Made by a program: the position numbers and the translations under genes. Positions 23,531 through 32,745 of a stretch of DNA of 35,259 nt are shown here, piece after piece. Position 1 is the stretch's first letter. Every line of letters begins with the position of its first letter. The notes beneath the pieces are model-generated. The model saw only the letters and a program-made list of their open reading frames with translations. It was not told the origin of the DNA and ran no database searches. This stretch comes from a virus (lineage: Duplodnaviria; Caudoviricetes), in the IMG/VR virus record IMGVR_UViG_3300032294_000330, positions 1-35,259 of that record. One strand, given 5' to 3'.

Positions 23531-24392
23531 CGGATTACTTTCAAATGTTTTAGGCGCGATAGATCGCAAAAAGCAAGAGGTCAAAGCTGGACTAGGTCTT
23601 TTGGCTAACAATCCGCAGGAATGGGCTGCACAGGCTACGGCTAGATATTTCCCGACCAAAGAAGAAGAACGGCAGTTTAGGATGGTTAAGGAAATGGGTG
23701 GAGACATAACCCAGACTCCGTACTACCAGAAAGTATTTGACCTAACCCAGTTTCAGGGCAGCATTAAAGCTGCAAAAAGTGTTTCTGGCATAAAGCCAAC
23801 GAGTAAAGCTGAAAATGCTAAAGAGCGATTTCTTGAGTCATCGGCGGTAAAAGAGCGTTTGTATCATGCGACTCCTTTTGACTTTACTGAATTTAAGCCG
23901 GGGGGTAATAATCCAGAGCGTAGTGGTGCTGCTATATGGATGACTCCAAACAAAGAATTTCAGCCAGCAGCTCACAATATCCGTCAAATTCCAGATAAAC
24001 CCGGATATATGTACGGCAGTAGCTCAAATATGTTTACTCCCGGCACTAACGTAATGCCTTTATATGCAAACATCAAAAATCCGTTAGTTGTTACCGATCA
24101 AACATGGCAAAAGTTATTTGAAGGAACTGGTGGCGATCCTTGGGTAATGCCTCAACGAACGGTAGATGTGCTTAAAGAACGTGGACACGACGGTGTTTTT
24201 TACTTAGATAAAAATGGTGCTGTGCAGGAAGTTATTGCATTTGATCCAACACAGGTTAAATCTGCTATAGGTAATCGAGGGACATACGATGTTACGAATC
24301 CGAGCATATTGGCAGCAGGATTGCCGGTAGGCTTGATAGGATCAACTCAAGTAGAGTTACCAAAGAAACAAGAGAAGAAACCAAAGAAGTAA
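23523..24392 (+). CDS. Protein with ADP-ribosyltransferase-like (ART-PolyVal-type) domain
   Basis: LYHAT..F.EF, IWMT, VMPLYANIKNP, L...GHDGV, QEVIAFDPTQVKSAIGN.G.YD. Confidence 0.72.
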   Translation: MADGLLSNVLGAIDRKKQEVKAGLGLLANNPQEWAAQATARYFPTKEEERQFRMVKEMGGDITQTPYYQKVFDLTQFQGSIKAAKSVSGIKPTSKAENAKERFLESSAVKERLYHATPFDFTEFKPGGNNPERSGAAIWMTPNKEFQPAAHNIRQIPDKPGYMYGSSSNMFTPGTNVMPLYANIKNPLVVTDQTWQKLFEGTGGDPWVMPQRTVDVLKERGHDGVFYLDKNGAVQEVIAFDPTQVKSAIGNRGTYDVTNPSILAAGLPVGLIGSTQVELPKKQEKKPKK

Positions 24393-24419
24393 GTATGGCT
24401 ATCATGGATAGATGCAAAT

Positions 24420-24641
24420 ATGAAAACAATAGTTCATGTAAACCAGCACGTTATAAAGAAAAATGCAAAAACTGGCAGTCTTGATCCTGTTCTAACAGTA
24501 AAAACATACAAAACAAACAACTACGCTCACGAAGTAGAGATAAAGGGAAGTAGCAAGATAGTCTATAGTCCAGATAAGCCTTTATCTTGTGGTGCAAGAG
24601 TTTGGATAGAAACAGAAGGTGAAGTAGTTGTCATAAAGTAG
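24420..24641 (+). CDS. Hypothetical phage protein
   Basis: IVHVNQHVI..N...PVLTVK...VYSPDKPLSCGARVWIET. Confidence 0.75.
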   Translation: MKTIVHVNQHVIKKNAKTGSLDPVLTVKTYKTNNYAHEVEIKGSSKIVYSPDKPLSCGARVWIETEGEVVVIK

Positions 24642-24668
24642 GCATGACATCCAGAGGATAATGCAAAA

Positions 24669-24998
24669 ATGGAAACAGATAAGGTTAAAGAAACTCCTAA
24701 AATCGGTGAAGGTCTAGCAGGGCCGGGAAGACCAGCAGGAGTGCCTAATAAGTCTACTGCGGTAGTGCGTAATGCTATTGCTACTCTGCTAGAGAAGAAC
24801 GTGCCTTACATGGACAGATGGCTTCAGAGGGTAGCTGAGGGAGATGAGGTGCTAGGGTTAAAGCCTGATCCAGCCAAGGCACTAGACCTAATGCAGAAAC
24901 TATCTGAGTACCATATACCTAAGCTGGCAAGGACAGAGGTAACGGGTAAGGATGGGGAAGCCCAAGAGCATATTGTGAGATGGGGAGGACGGAAATGA
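24669..24998 (+). CDS. terS: Putative terminase small subunit
   Basis: GRPAGVPNKST and PKLARTEVTGKDG motifs, directly upstream of terL. Confidence 0.68.
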   Translation: METDKVKETPKIGEGLAGPGRPAGVPNKSTAVVRNAIATLLEKNVPYMDRWLQRVAEGDEVLGLKPDPAKALDLMQKLSEYHIPKLARTEVTGKDGEAQEHIVRWGGRK

Positions 24999-25078
24999 GC
25001 TATAAGCCAGTAAATTGCCCGATGTGCAGCGCGTTCCTAGTGAACAACAAATGCCTGAACTGCGGATACGTTAAGTGA
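24995..25078 (+). CDS. 27-aa Zn-ribbon microprotein (not in the ORF track)
   Basis: MSYKPVNCPMCSAFLVNNKCLNCGYVK. ATGA overlap with terS and GTGA overlap with terL. Confidence 0.62.
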   Translation: MSYKPVNCPMCSAFLVNNKCLNCGYVK

Positions 25079-26331
25079 CAGAGATAGTCATTCCTTACGA
25101 GCCAAGGGAGCAGCAGGAGGAAATCCACCATGCTATCGAGCAGCATCGTTTTACTGTGGTGGTTGCCCATCGTCGTATGGGAAAGACTGTTAGCGCAATC
25201 AATCACCTTATCAAAGCCGCGATAGAGTGCGACAAGCCTAATCCACGGTTTGCCTACATAGCACCTACCTACAGCCAAGCCAAGAGAGTCGCTTGGGATT
25301 ACCTACTAGAGTACACAAGGCCGCTAAATGCAACTGCCAACATTGCTGAGTTACGGGTTGATTTTTGGGGGCGTAGGGTTAGTCTTTACGGGTCTGATAA
25401 TCCTGACAGTCTGCGCGGTCAGTATTTCGATGGCGTGGTTATCGACGAAGTTGGCGATCAGAATCCGAGAATTTGGAACGAGATCATCCGACCTGCTCTT
25501 TCCGACCGTGGTGGGTGGTGTTCTTTCATTGGCACTCCTAAAGGTGCTAACCATTTCGCTGAACTAGCCGACAGAGCAAAGTCCGAGGAAGGCTGGAAGT
25601 ACCTAGAGTTCAAGGCTAGTGAGACAAAGATACTCCCTGACTCCGAACTCAAAGCCGCCTATCGTGAGATGGGTGAAGACAAGTATCGGCAAGAATTTGA
25701 GTGCGACTTCAATTCTTCCGTGGAGGGGAGCTACTTTGGGAAACTTATTAACGACCTTGAAAGGGATCATCATATTACTGATTTTCCTCGTGACGATCTG
25801 TGTCGTAGCTTTACTGCATGGGATCTTGGCATGGGTGACTCTACGGCTATTTGGGTTGCTCAGGTGGTTGGAAAGGAAATCAGACTACTTGATTGCGTCG
25901 AAAATCATGGGCAAGCGTTAGATTGGTACGTTAATTGGCTAAGAGACAACAAGTACGAGGGATTCACCCATATCCTGCCCCATGACGTACAAGTAAGGGA
26001 GTTAGGCACAGGCAAGAGCCGTAGAGAGGTCTTAGAGGAAGCAGGTCTGTCCATAACGGTTGCGCCTAGATTGTCTGTGGCTGACGGGATTCAGGCTGTG
26101 AGGAGACTATTGCCTAGATGTTGGTTCCATCCGAGGACTAAGCAGGGACTAGATGCCTTACGGAACTATCGTAGGGAACATGACGAGAGACGGCAGATAT
26201 TCTACGAGAAGCCGCTACATGACTGGTCTAGCCATATGAGTGACGCTTTCAGATACCTAGCGATAGGTCTTGACGAGGGCGATAGTTCATGGCAGACATC
26301 GTTGCCAATTTCAACGAAATGGATTGTATAA
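25075..26331 (+). CDS. terL: Terminase large subunit
   Basis: AHRRMGKT Walker A, LRG..FDGVVIDE, IGTPKG, WDLG..DST, HDWSSH..DAFRY. Confidence 0.95.
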   Translation: MTEIVIPYEPREQQEEIHHAIEQHRFTVVVAHRRMGKTVSAINHLIKAAIECDKPNPRFAYIAPTYSQAKRVAWDYLLEYTRPLNATANIAELRVDFWGRRVSLYGSDNPDSLRGQYFDGVVIDEVGDQNPRIWNEIIRPALSDRGGWCSFIGTPKGANHFAELADRAKSEEGWKYLEFKASETKILPDSELKAAYREMGEDKYRQEFECDFNSSVEGSYFGKLINDLERDHHITDFPRDDLCRSFTAWDLGMGDSTAIWVAQVVGKEIRLLDCVENHGQALDWYVNWLRDNKYEGFTHILPHDVQVRELGTGKSRREVLEEAGLSITVAPRLSVADGIQAVRRLLPRCWFHPRTKQGLDALRNYRREHDERRQIFYEKPLHDWSSHMSDAFRYLAIGLDEGDSSWQTSLPISTKWIV

Positions 26332-26356
26332 TAAGCAAAACCCATAAGGATTTGCT

Positions 26357-28483
26357 ATGAAGATGGATGAGGGTCAAATCAAGGGAATTATCGAGAATGA
26401 GATCGATAACTCCATCGGATACATTGATACCGAGACTACGGATCAGCGATCCAAAGCACTAGAGTATTACCTACGTTATCCGTATGGTAACGAGGTAGAA
26501 GGCCGTAGCCAGATCGTAACTGGTGAGGTAGCCGAGGCTATCGACGGTGCATTACCTCAACTTATCCGGGTCTTTACGACCACCGAGGATATTGTCTCCT
26601 TTGAGCCTCAGACTCCAGAAGATGAGGAGTCATCCAAACAGGCCACAGACTACTGTAACTGGGTCTTTTACCGTGAGAATGACGGTCTAATCATCCTGCA
26701 CAACTGGTTCAAAGACGCGCTGATGATGAAAATTGGCGTGGTCAAGGCGTACTGGGAAGCCCAAGAGGACGTTAATAAAGAGTCCTACAAGAACCTGACA
26801 GAAGACGAACTAGCCATGCTGCTGTCTGATCCTGCCATCGAGGTAGTGAGCCAGAAGGTCGAGATGGTTGACGGTGGTATGGATATGATGGGTATGCCTA
26901 TCCAGATTCCTTACTACTCGGTCAAGGTCAAGAAGGTTAAGAAATACGGCTGCGTCAAGATTGAGAACGTACCGCCAGAAGAATTCCTAATTAGCAAATC
27001 GGCAAGAACTATTGAGGATAGCCCGTTCGTAGCGCATCGTCGCTTGATGACTCGTTCGGAACTCATAGCGATGGGGTTCGACAAGGATGTCATCGAGGGA
27101 TTGCCTAGCTACGACGATCTCCAGTTCACGACTGAGCGTATTGCTCGATTCAGTCAGGGTGAGCAGCCGGATGAGAACATCAGCCTTGACCCAACGATGC
27201 AGGTTGTTGAGGTCTACGAGTGCTACATCAAGATCGACGTTAATGGTGATGGTATCGCTGAGTTGCGGAAGATTGTCTATTCTGGCAACGAAATCCTAGA
27301 CGATGAGGAATGTGACTTAGTACCGTTCCATAGCCTGTGTCCGATCCCGATTCCGCACAAATTTTATGGTCAGTCGTTAGCAGACCGGACAATGGACATC
27401 CAGCTAATCAAGTCTACTGTTACGAGACAGATGCTGGATAACCTGTACCTAACGAATAATGCTCGTCTGGGTGTGGTTGATGGTCAGGTCAACTTAGATG
27501 ATGCTCTTAATGCAACTCCGGGCGGTATTATCCGTATGAAGTCGGCTGGTGCGATTACTCCGGTAGAGGTTCCTGCTGTAACGGCTCAGGCTTTCCCAAT
27601 GCTTGAGTACATGGATGCGGTTCAGGCCAAGCGTACAGGTGTAAATGACCAGCAGAACGGTTTAGACCCGGATGTACTGAATAACGTCTCTGCTACGGCT
27701 ATTGCAGCCATGATGAAGTCGAACTCTGGGAAGCTGGAGTTGATTGCTAGAATCTTTGCTGAGACAGGCGTTAAGTCGCTGTTTAAGGGCATTTTGCACC
27801 TATTGGGCAAGTATCAGGATCAGGCCAAGATTGTCCGTATGCGTGGCAAGTTTGTGACCTTTGATCCTCGCTCGTGGACGAATCAGTACGATGTGGCGAT
27901 TAACGTCGGTCTGGGTTCAGGTGACAGAGAGCAGAAACTGGCTATGTTGCAAATGATCCTAGCCAAGCAGGAGCAGGTTCTAACTCAGTTTGGTGCATCT
28001 AATCCGTTGGTATCTGTGGCTCAGTACCGGGATACCTTAGCGAGACTGATTGAATCGGCTGGTTTCAAGGATGCTAACGCCTTCATTAACGAGATCAGTC
28101 CTGAACAGAACGAGGCATTGAGTCAGCCACAGCCACCTGCTCCAGATGCTCAGGCTGAAGTAGCTCAGATGCTGGCTCAGGTAGAGAGAGAAAAGACCGA
28201 GGCTAAGGCTCAGATTGAGGCTGCGAAACTAGGCTTGCAGAGAGAGCAACTAGAGGCTGAGTTCACCCGTAAGGGAATTGAATTGTCTATGCAGCAGGAG
28301 CGTAGTGCTTCTGAGATGCGTATCAAAGAGGCTGAGTTGGCTGTTAAACAACTACAGGCTATCTTGGCGATGGATATTGCTGACGAGGACAGCCGTAACA
28401 AACAGGCTGACATTGTCTTAAAGGCGATCCGTGAACTGGGTAGTTTGACTAAGGGTACGAATGGACAAATCCCAATGGGCTGA
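26357..28483 (+). CDS. Portal protein (P22-like)
   Basis: 708 aa after terL. GRSQIV, KDAL..K.G, VPPEEF, DIQ.IKS..RQMLDN, and a long C-terminal coiled coil. Confidence 0.92.
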   Translation: MKMDEGQIKGIIENEIDNSIGYIDTETTDQRSKALEYYLRYPYGNEVEGRSQIVTGEVAEAIDGALPQLIRVFTTTEDIVSFEPQTPEDEESSKQATDYCNWVFYRENDGLIILHNWFKDALMMKIGVVKAYWEAQEDVNKESYKNLTEDELAMLLSDPAIEVVSQKVEMVDGGMDMMGMPIQIPYYSVKVKKVKKYGCVKIENVPPEEFLISKSARTIEDSPFVAHRRLMTRSELIAMGFDKDVIEGLPSYDDLQFTTERIARFSQGEQPDENISLDPTMQVVEVYECYIKIDVNGDGIAELRKIVYSGNEILDDEECDLVPFHSLCPIPIPHKFYGQSLADRTMDIQLIKSTVTRQMLDNLYLTNNARLGVVDGQVNLDDALNATPGGIIRMKSAGAITPVEVPAVTAQAFPMLEYMDAVQAKRTGVNDQQNGLDPDVLNNVSATAIAAMMKSNSGKLELIARIFAETGVKSLFKGILHLLGKYQDQAKIVRMRGKFVTFDPRSWTNQYDVAINVGLGSGDREQKLAMLQMILAKQEQVLTQFGASNPLVSVAQYRDTLARLIESAGFKDANAFINEISPEQNEALSQPQPPAPDAQAEVAQMLAQVEREKTEAKAQIEAAKLGLQREQLEAEFTRKGIELSMQQERSASEMRIKEAELAVKQLQAILAMDIADEDSRNKQADIVLKAIRELGSLTKGTNGQIPMG

Positions 28484-28691
28484 ACACTTACTGCGGGATG
28501 AGGGCTTCCAGATGATGATGGAAGAACTCAGGTCAGTAGAGATTAACAAATTTGCTATGAGTGCTGCTAGCGAGGCTAACGTAAGGGAAAATGCTTACCA
28601 CCAGCTAAGGGCATTAGAGAAGATTGAGGCCTACCTTGAAGGGCTATCGGCACAGAAGCTGATAGACGAAAAGCGGCTGAAAATTTTGTAA
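28461..28691 (+). CDS. Small helical protein between portal and scaffold
   Basis: 76 aa, RENAY motif, position typical of this phage type. Confidence 0.72.
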   Translation: MDKSQWAEHLLRDEGFQMMMEELRSVEINKFAMSAASEANVRENAYHQLRALEKIEAYLEGLSAQKLIDEKRLKIL

Positions 28692-28733
28692 CTGAGTCGG
28701 GCAGTTCCCGATATAATTTAGGAAACTTACTAC

Positions 28734-29717
28734 ATGAGCGAAACTCAAGGCATGACCCCGGAATCCGGGATTGCAGAGTTGAATGTAAATGGCGCAGCCG
28801 ACGCTATTTTGGGACTTATGGGAAGCGAGGAAGGCTCCGAACAAGGACAACCAGAACCGCAGACCGAGGCCAACAATAGCGAGGCCGAATCCGATGAAAT
28901 CGAGGCGCAAGCTGAAGATGAGTCGGAGGTAGAACAAGATGAAGGCGAGGAAGAAGCAGAGGAATCTCCGACCTACCGGGTGAAAGCCGCTGGTGAGGAA
29001 CGTGAGGTGACCCTTGATGAGCTTATTCAGTCTTATCAACTTGGCGCGGATTACAGACGCAAGGTAGAAGCTGTAGCTCAAGATCGCAAGGTTGTAGAAG
29101 CAGAACGCCAGCGTATCGAGGAAGCTAAGTATCTCCGCGATCAATATGCGGAACGGTTGCAGGTCATTGAGCAGATGCTTAACCAGCAGCCGGAAACTGA
29201 GAATCTGGACTATCTGAAGGAAACCGATCCTATCGGTTACGCAGTTAAGGTCGCAGAACTGTCTCAGCGGGAGAAGCAGCTAGCCCAAGTTCGAGCAGAA
29301 CAGGCTAGGATTGCCGATCAGCAACAGAGGGAGCAGCAGGAGCAACTTGGTCAGGTAGTACAGGCTGAGTCTCGTAAGCTGGCAGAGGTTATCCCTGAGT
29401 ATGCTGACCCGCAGAAGGGCGAGACATTACGTCGTGAACTCCGTGAATTCGGACTCAAGGCGGGATTCTCAGATCAGGAATTAGCGAATGTTTATGATTC
29501 GCGAGCAGTATTAACGCTGTACAAGGCGATGCAGTACGACAAGTTACAGTCTGCAAAGCCGGGAATCACGAAGAAGGTTAATGAGGCTCCGAAGGTAATG
29601 AAGTCGGGAGTTTCACAGCCTCGTGATAGCAGCGACGAGATGAAGAAACTAAAGTCTAGGGCGAAGCAGACCGGAAGGGTCGCTGATGCCGCTAAAGCAT
29701 TTGAACGATTTTTATGA
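28734..29717 (+). CDS. Capsid scaffolding protein
   Basis: Acidic N-terminus, VKAAGEEREVTLDEL..SYQ..ADY, coiled coil, basic C-terminus. Directly before the capsid gene. Confidence 0.85.
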   Translation: MSETQGMTPESGIAELNVNGAADAILGLMGSEEGSEQGQPEPQTEANNSEAESDEIEAQAEDESEVEQDEGEEEAEESPTYRVKAAGEEREVTLDELIQSYQLGADYRRKVEAVAQDRKVVEAERQRIEEAKYLRDQYAERLQVIEQMLNQQPETENLDYLKETDPIGYAVKVAELSQREKQLAQVRAEQARIADQQQREQQEQLGQVVQAESRKLAEVIPEYADPQKGETLRRELREFGLKAGFSDQELANVYDSRAVLTLYKAMQYDKLQSAKPGITKKVNEAPKVMKSGVSQPRDSSDEMKKLKSRAKQTGRVADAAKAFERFL

Positions 29718-29728
29718 GGAATTAAATC

Positions 29729-30673
29729 ATGCCTACATTTACAGCACACACCGCGATTGGTCAGCGGGAAGATTTGACCGACATCATCTATGACATCTCG
29801 CCAACTGAGACGCCATTCATGTCCTCGATTGGCAAGACTAAAGCTACTGCCGTGTATCACGAGTGGCAGACTGATTCGCTGGCTGCTGCTACTACTGCTA
29901 ACGCTGCGATTGAAGGTGCTGACGCTACATCGGCAACTCTGGCTCCTACCGTTCGTCTTGGTAACTACACCCAAATCATCCAGAAGACCGTTCAGGTTTC
30001 GGGTACTTTGGACACAGTAAACAAGGCTGGTCGTAAGTCGGAAAAGGCTTATCAGTTGGCTAAGGCTTCTGCTGAACTGAAGCGCGATCTGGAAACTATC
30101 CTGTTGGCTAACCAAGGTCGTTCGGCTGGTACATCGACAATCGCTCGTAAGTTGGGTTCGATCCTGTCGTGGATCAAGACTAACTCGGACAAGGCTTCTG
30201 ACGGTGCTGATCCAGCAACTATCGGTGTATCAACCCGTACTGACGGTACTGTTCGTACCTTCACCGAGGCTTTGCTGAAGACTGTTGTTGCAGAGGTGTT
30301 TGTCTCCGGTGGTTCGCCAAAGGTTCTGATGGTTGGTGCTGCTGGTAAGCAAAAGGTATCGTCGTTTGCTGGTATCGCCGCACAGCGTTACATGGCTCCC
30401 GGTAATACCCCTACTACCATTGTGGGCGCAGCTGACCTCTACATGAGTGATTTCGGCCAAATTTCTATAGTACCTAATAGATTTATGCGTACCCGTGATG
30501 CTCTGATCCTTGATCCTGAGTACGCAGCACTTGCTTATCTCCGTCCATTCCAGACTAATGATCTGGCTAAGACTGGTGATAGCGAGAATACTCAGCTCTT
30601 GGCTGAAGTTACTCTGGAAGTCAAGAACGAAGCTGCTCATGGCATCGTTGCTGACCTAGATATGGCTCTGTAA
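29729..30673 (+). CDS. Major capsid protein
   Basis: REDLTDIIYDISPTETPF, HEWQTDSL, NYTQI..K, ELKRDLE, SDFG....VPNRF, LAKTGD. Strongly biased codon usage. Confidence 0.93.
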   Translation: MPTFTAHTAIGQREDLTDIIYDISPTETPFMSSIGKTKATAVYHEWQTDSLAAATTANAAIEGADATSATLAPTVRLGNYTQIIQKTVQVSGTLDTVNKAGRKSEKAYQLAKASAELKRDLETILLANQGRSAGTSTIARKLGSILSWIKTNSDKASDGADPATIGVSTRTDGTVRTFTEALLKTVVAEVFVSGGSPKVLMVGAAGKQKVSSFAGIAAQRYMAPGNTPTTIVGAADLYMSDFGQISIVPNRFMRTRDALILDPEYAALAYLRPFQTNDLAKTGDSENTQLLAEVTLEVKNEAAHGIVADLDMAL

Positions 30674-30684
30674 TAAGTAGCAAA

Positions 30685-30710
30685 TAGCCCCTGCCTAACG
30701 GTGGGGGCTA
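30685..30710 (+). terminator. Stable hairpin after the capsid gene (terminator or mRNA-stabilising stem)
   Basis: TAGCCCCTGCC-TAAC-GGTGGGGGCTA, 11-bp stem with two G-U pairs. No U-tract. Confidence 0.5.
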
Positions 30711-30767
30711 ACTATAATAAGGAAAGCATTTTTGCTCTTGTTATAGGAACACTAAAACAAGGAATTT

Positions 30768-31073
30768 ATGAGCAACCCGATACGGACTCAGACAGTACAT
30801 GCAGACGGTGACGGTGGGATTGTCATCGAGACCAAGCAGGACATCACGGAGATTCTTGAGGCTAACAAGGCTCAAAGAGAATTCGATAAGCAGCGCACAG
30901 GTTTCCTCAACGAGATGCACCACGTCGCAAGGATTCCGTATACGGTGATTGATGACCTGAACAAGCAAGGAATTATGCGAGGGTTTGCTGTGATAGATAC
31001 AGACAGATTCGCACAGTTTCTTAACGGCACAGAACTTGGTCAAGCCTGTAAGACGTATCGAGGAACTGTATGA
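30768..31073 (+). CDS. Hypothetical phage protein
   Basis: QDITEILEANK...HVARIP. AAGGA RBS. Confidence 0.75.
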   Translation: MSNPIRTQTVHADGDGGIVIETKQDITEILEANKAQREFDKQRTGFLNEMHHVARIPYTVIDDLNKQGIMRGFAVIDTDRFAQFLNGTELGQACKTYRGTV

Positions 31074-31723
31074 GAGTAGGAGTTTGCGTACCGTGTAGGG
31101 ATGAGGTTCATACTGGTTTTGCTTTCGACTTTGCGAGGATGACAGCGCACGATGCGTCAGTTCGTTGCAAGGACGGTAAAGGTGGGCTAAGCCTTTACAC
31201 AATGCCGGGAACGCTGATTTTCGACCAACGGGAAAAGCTAGCGCAGGTTGCTTTGAGTGAAGGGTGTGACGCATTGCTGTTTATCGATAGCGATATGCGG
31301 TTTCCACACGACATCATTGACATCATGTTAAGCCGCGATGTGCCTATTGTTGGGGTTAATGCTACGACCAGAAGGAAGCCTGTCACACCTACGGCAAAGA
31401 TTTTGACTAGGTACATGGATGGTGATACTGAGGTTCGTAAGTGGTCGAATGTAGATTCTCGCGGTAAAGAGGGAATCGAGGAGGTTACAGCGGTCGGGTT
31501 TGGTGCTGTAATGATCCGTAAGGAAGTATTTGAGAAGACTGGTAGACCTTGGTTTGATGCTGGATGGGGTTCTAACGGTGTCTGTGGTGAGGATGTATAT
31601 TTCTGCGTCAAGGCTGGTTCTGAGGGCTTTCAGACGTATGTAGACCATGAGCTATCGATGCACATCAGGCACATAGGCACATACGAATATGGCTGGAAGG
31701 ACTTTGAGCAGTTAGAGGAATAA
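31070..31723 (+). CDS. GT-A fold glycosyltransferase within the head/tail operon
   Basis: LLFIDSDMRFP (DxD), VGFGAVMIRKEVF, PWF, GEDVYFC, VDHELS..IRHIG. Confidence 0.82.
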   Translation: MRVGVCVPCRDEVHTGFAFDFARMTAHDASVRCKDGKGGLSLYTMPGTLIFDQREKLAQVALSEGCDALLFIDSDMRFPHDIIDIMLSRDVPIVGVNATTRRKPVTPTAKILTRYMDGDTEVRKWSNVDSRGKEGIEEVTAVGFGAVMIRKEVFEKTGRPWFDAGWGSNGVCGEDVYFCVKAGSEGFQTYVDHELSMHIRHIGTYEYGWKDFEQLEE

Positions 31724-31724
31724 T

Positions 31725-32345
31725 ATGGCATTTACTAGCTATTCGGACTTAAAGACTACGGTAGCAAATTACCTAGCCCGTAGTGACCTAACATCGGTTA
31801 TCCCCGATTTCATCCGACTAGCTGAGGAAAGGCTACGTCGAGACTTGAGAACTCGGCAGATGTTGATTGTCGCAACGGCATCGACTACAGGTGGTGATTC
31901 TACGGTTGGATTACCTACAGACTTCTTAGAGATGCGCGATATTCACCTGAATACGAATCCGGTGACTACATTGCGCTACAAGGCTCCTAATAGCTTCTAC
32001 GCTGAGTCTAGGGTTACAGAGGGTGGTAAGCCTATCGACTACACGATTCTGGGTGCTGAACTACAGCTAGCACCATCTCCTGACGGTACTTATGTGCTTC
32101 AGATGCTGTACTACGGCAAGCCTACTCTGTTGTCAGATAGCAATTCTAGCAACATCTTCCTAGCGAACTATCCTGATGCTTTGCTGTATGCGTCTTTGGC
32201 TGAAGCAGAGCCGTACTTAATGAATGATGCCCGTATTCAGACATGGGCTACTTTATATGATCGTGCAATAACCGCGATTACGAACTCTGACCAGTCGAGT
32301 GAATACAGCGGTCAGCCTATGTCTATGTCTTATAACGTGAGGTAA
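31725..32345 (+). CDS. Head-tail adaptor (P22 gp4 / tail tubular A-like)
   Basis: YSDLK..VA.YLAR.DL...IPDFI.LAE, LPTDFLEMR, PD.LLY..L.EA.PYL. Confidence 0.78.
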   Translation: MAFTSYSDLKTTVANYLARSDLTSVIPDFIRLAEERLRRDLRTRQMLIVATASTTGGDSTVGLPTDFLEMRDIHLNTNPVTTLRYKAPNSFYAESRVTEGGKPIDYTILGAELQLAPSPDGTYVLQMLYYGKPTLLSDSNSSNIFLANYPDALLYASLAEAEPYLMNDARIQTWATLYDRAITAITNSDQSSEYSGQPMSMSYNVR

Positions 32346-32348
32346 ATC

Positions 32349-32735
32349 ATGGCAGAGATGAGTAACCATTTAGAGAACGCGCTAATTAACGCGACTCTGC
32401 GAAACACTAGCTACACCAGCCCTACGACGGTCTATGTGGGTCTGTTTACGTCTGATCCGACTGATGCGAATACTGGTACTGAGGTGTCTGGCGGTTCGTA
32501 TGCTCGTACTTCTGTGACGTTTGGTGCGCCTAGTAACGGTGTGACTACGAATACTGCAGCGGTTGAGTTCCCACAGGCTACGGGTAACTGGGGTACGGTG
32601 GGATGGATTGGTATTTTAGATGCTGCGACTAGCGGTAACTTGATGTATCACACGGCTTTGGATACATCTAAGACGATTGAAACGGGTGATATTTTCAAGA
32701 TTGCGGTTGGATCATTGTCGGTAACTTTGGCCTAA
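32349..32735 (+). CDS. Virion structural protein
   Basis: MSNHLEN.L, VYVGLFT.DP, EVSGGSYAR, FPQATG.WGTV, DAATSGN. Confidence 0.75.
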   Translation: MAEMSNHLENALINATLRNTSYTSPTTVYVGLFTSDPTDANTGTEVSGGSYARTSVTFGAPSNGVTTNTAAVEFPQATGNWGTVGWIGILDAATSGNLMYHTALDTSKTIETGDIFKIAVGSLSVTLA

Positions 32736-32745
32736 GAGGTGAGTA

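Noticed and set aside
26302-26332. Sigma70 promoter upstream of the portal gene (TTGCCA...TATAAT)
   Set aside because: The spacer is 19 bp, there is no correctly placed extended -10, and TATAAT overlaps the terL stop codon, so it may be coincidental.
25000-31648. Long minus-strand ORFs opposite terL, portal, scaffold, capsid and GT (e.g. 28644-29144, 29492-30115, 30741-31274)
   Set aside because: Expected by-products of biased codon usage on the coding strand. No independent support.
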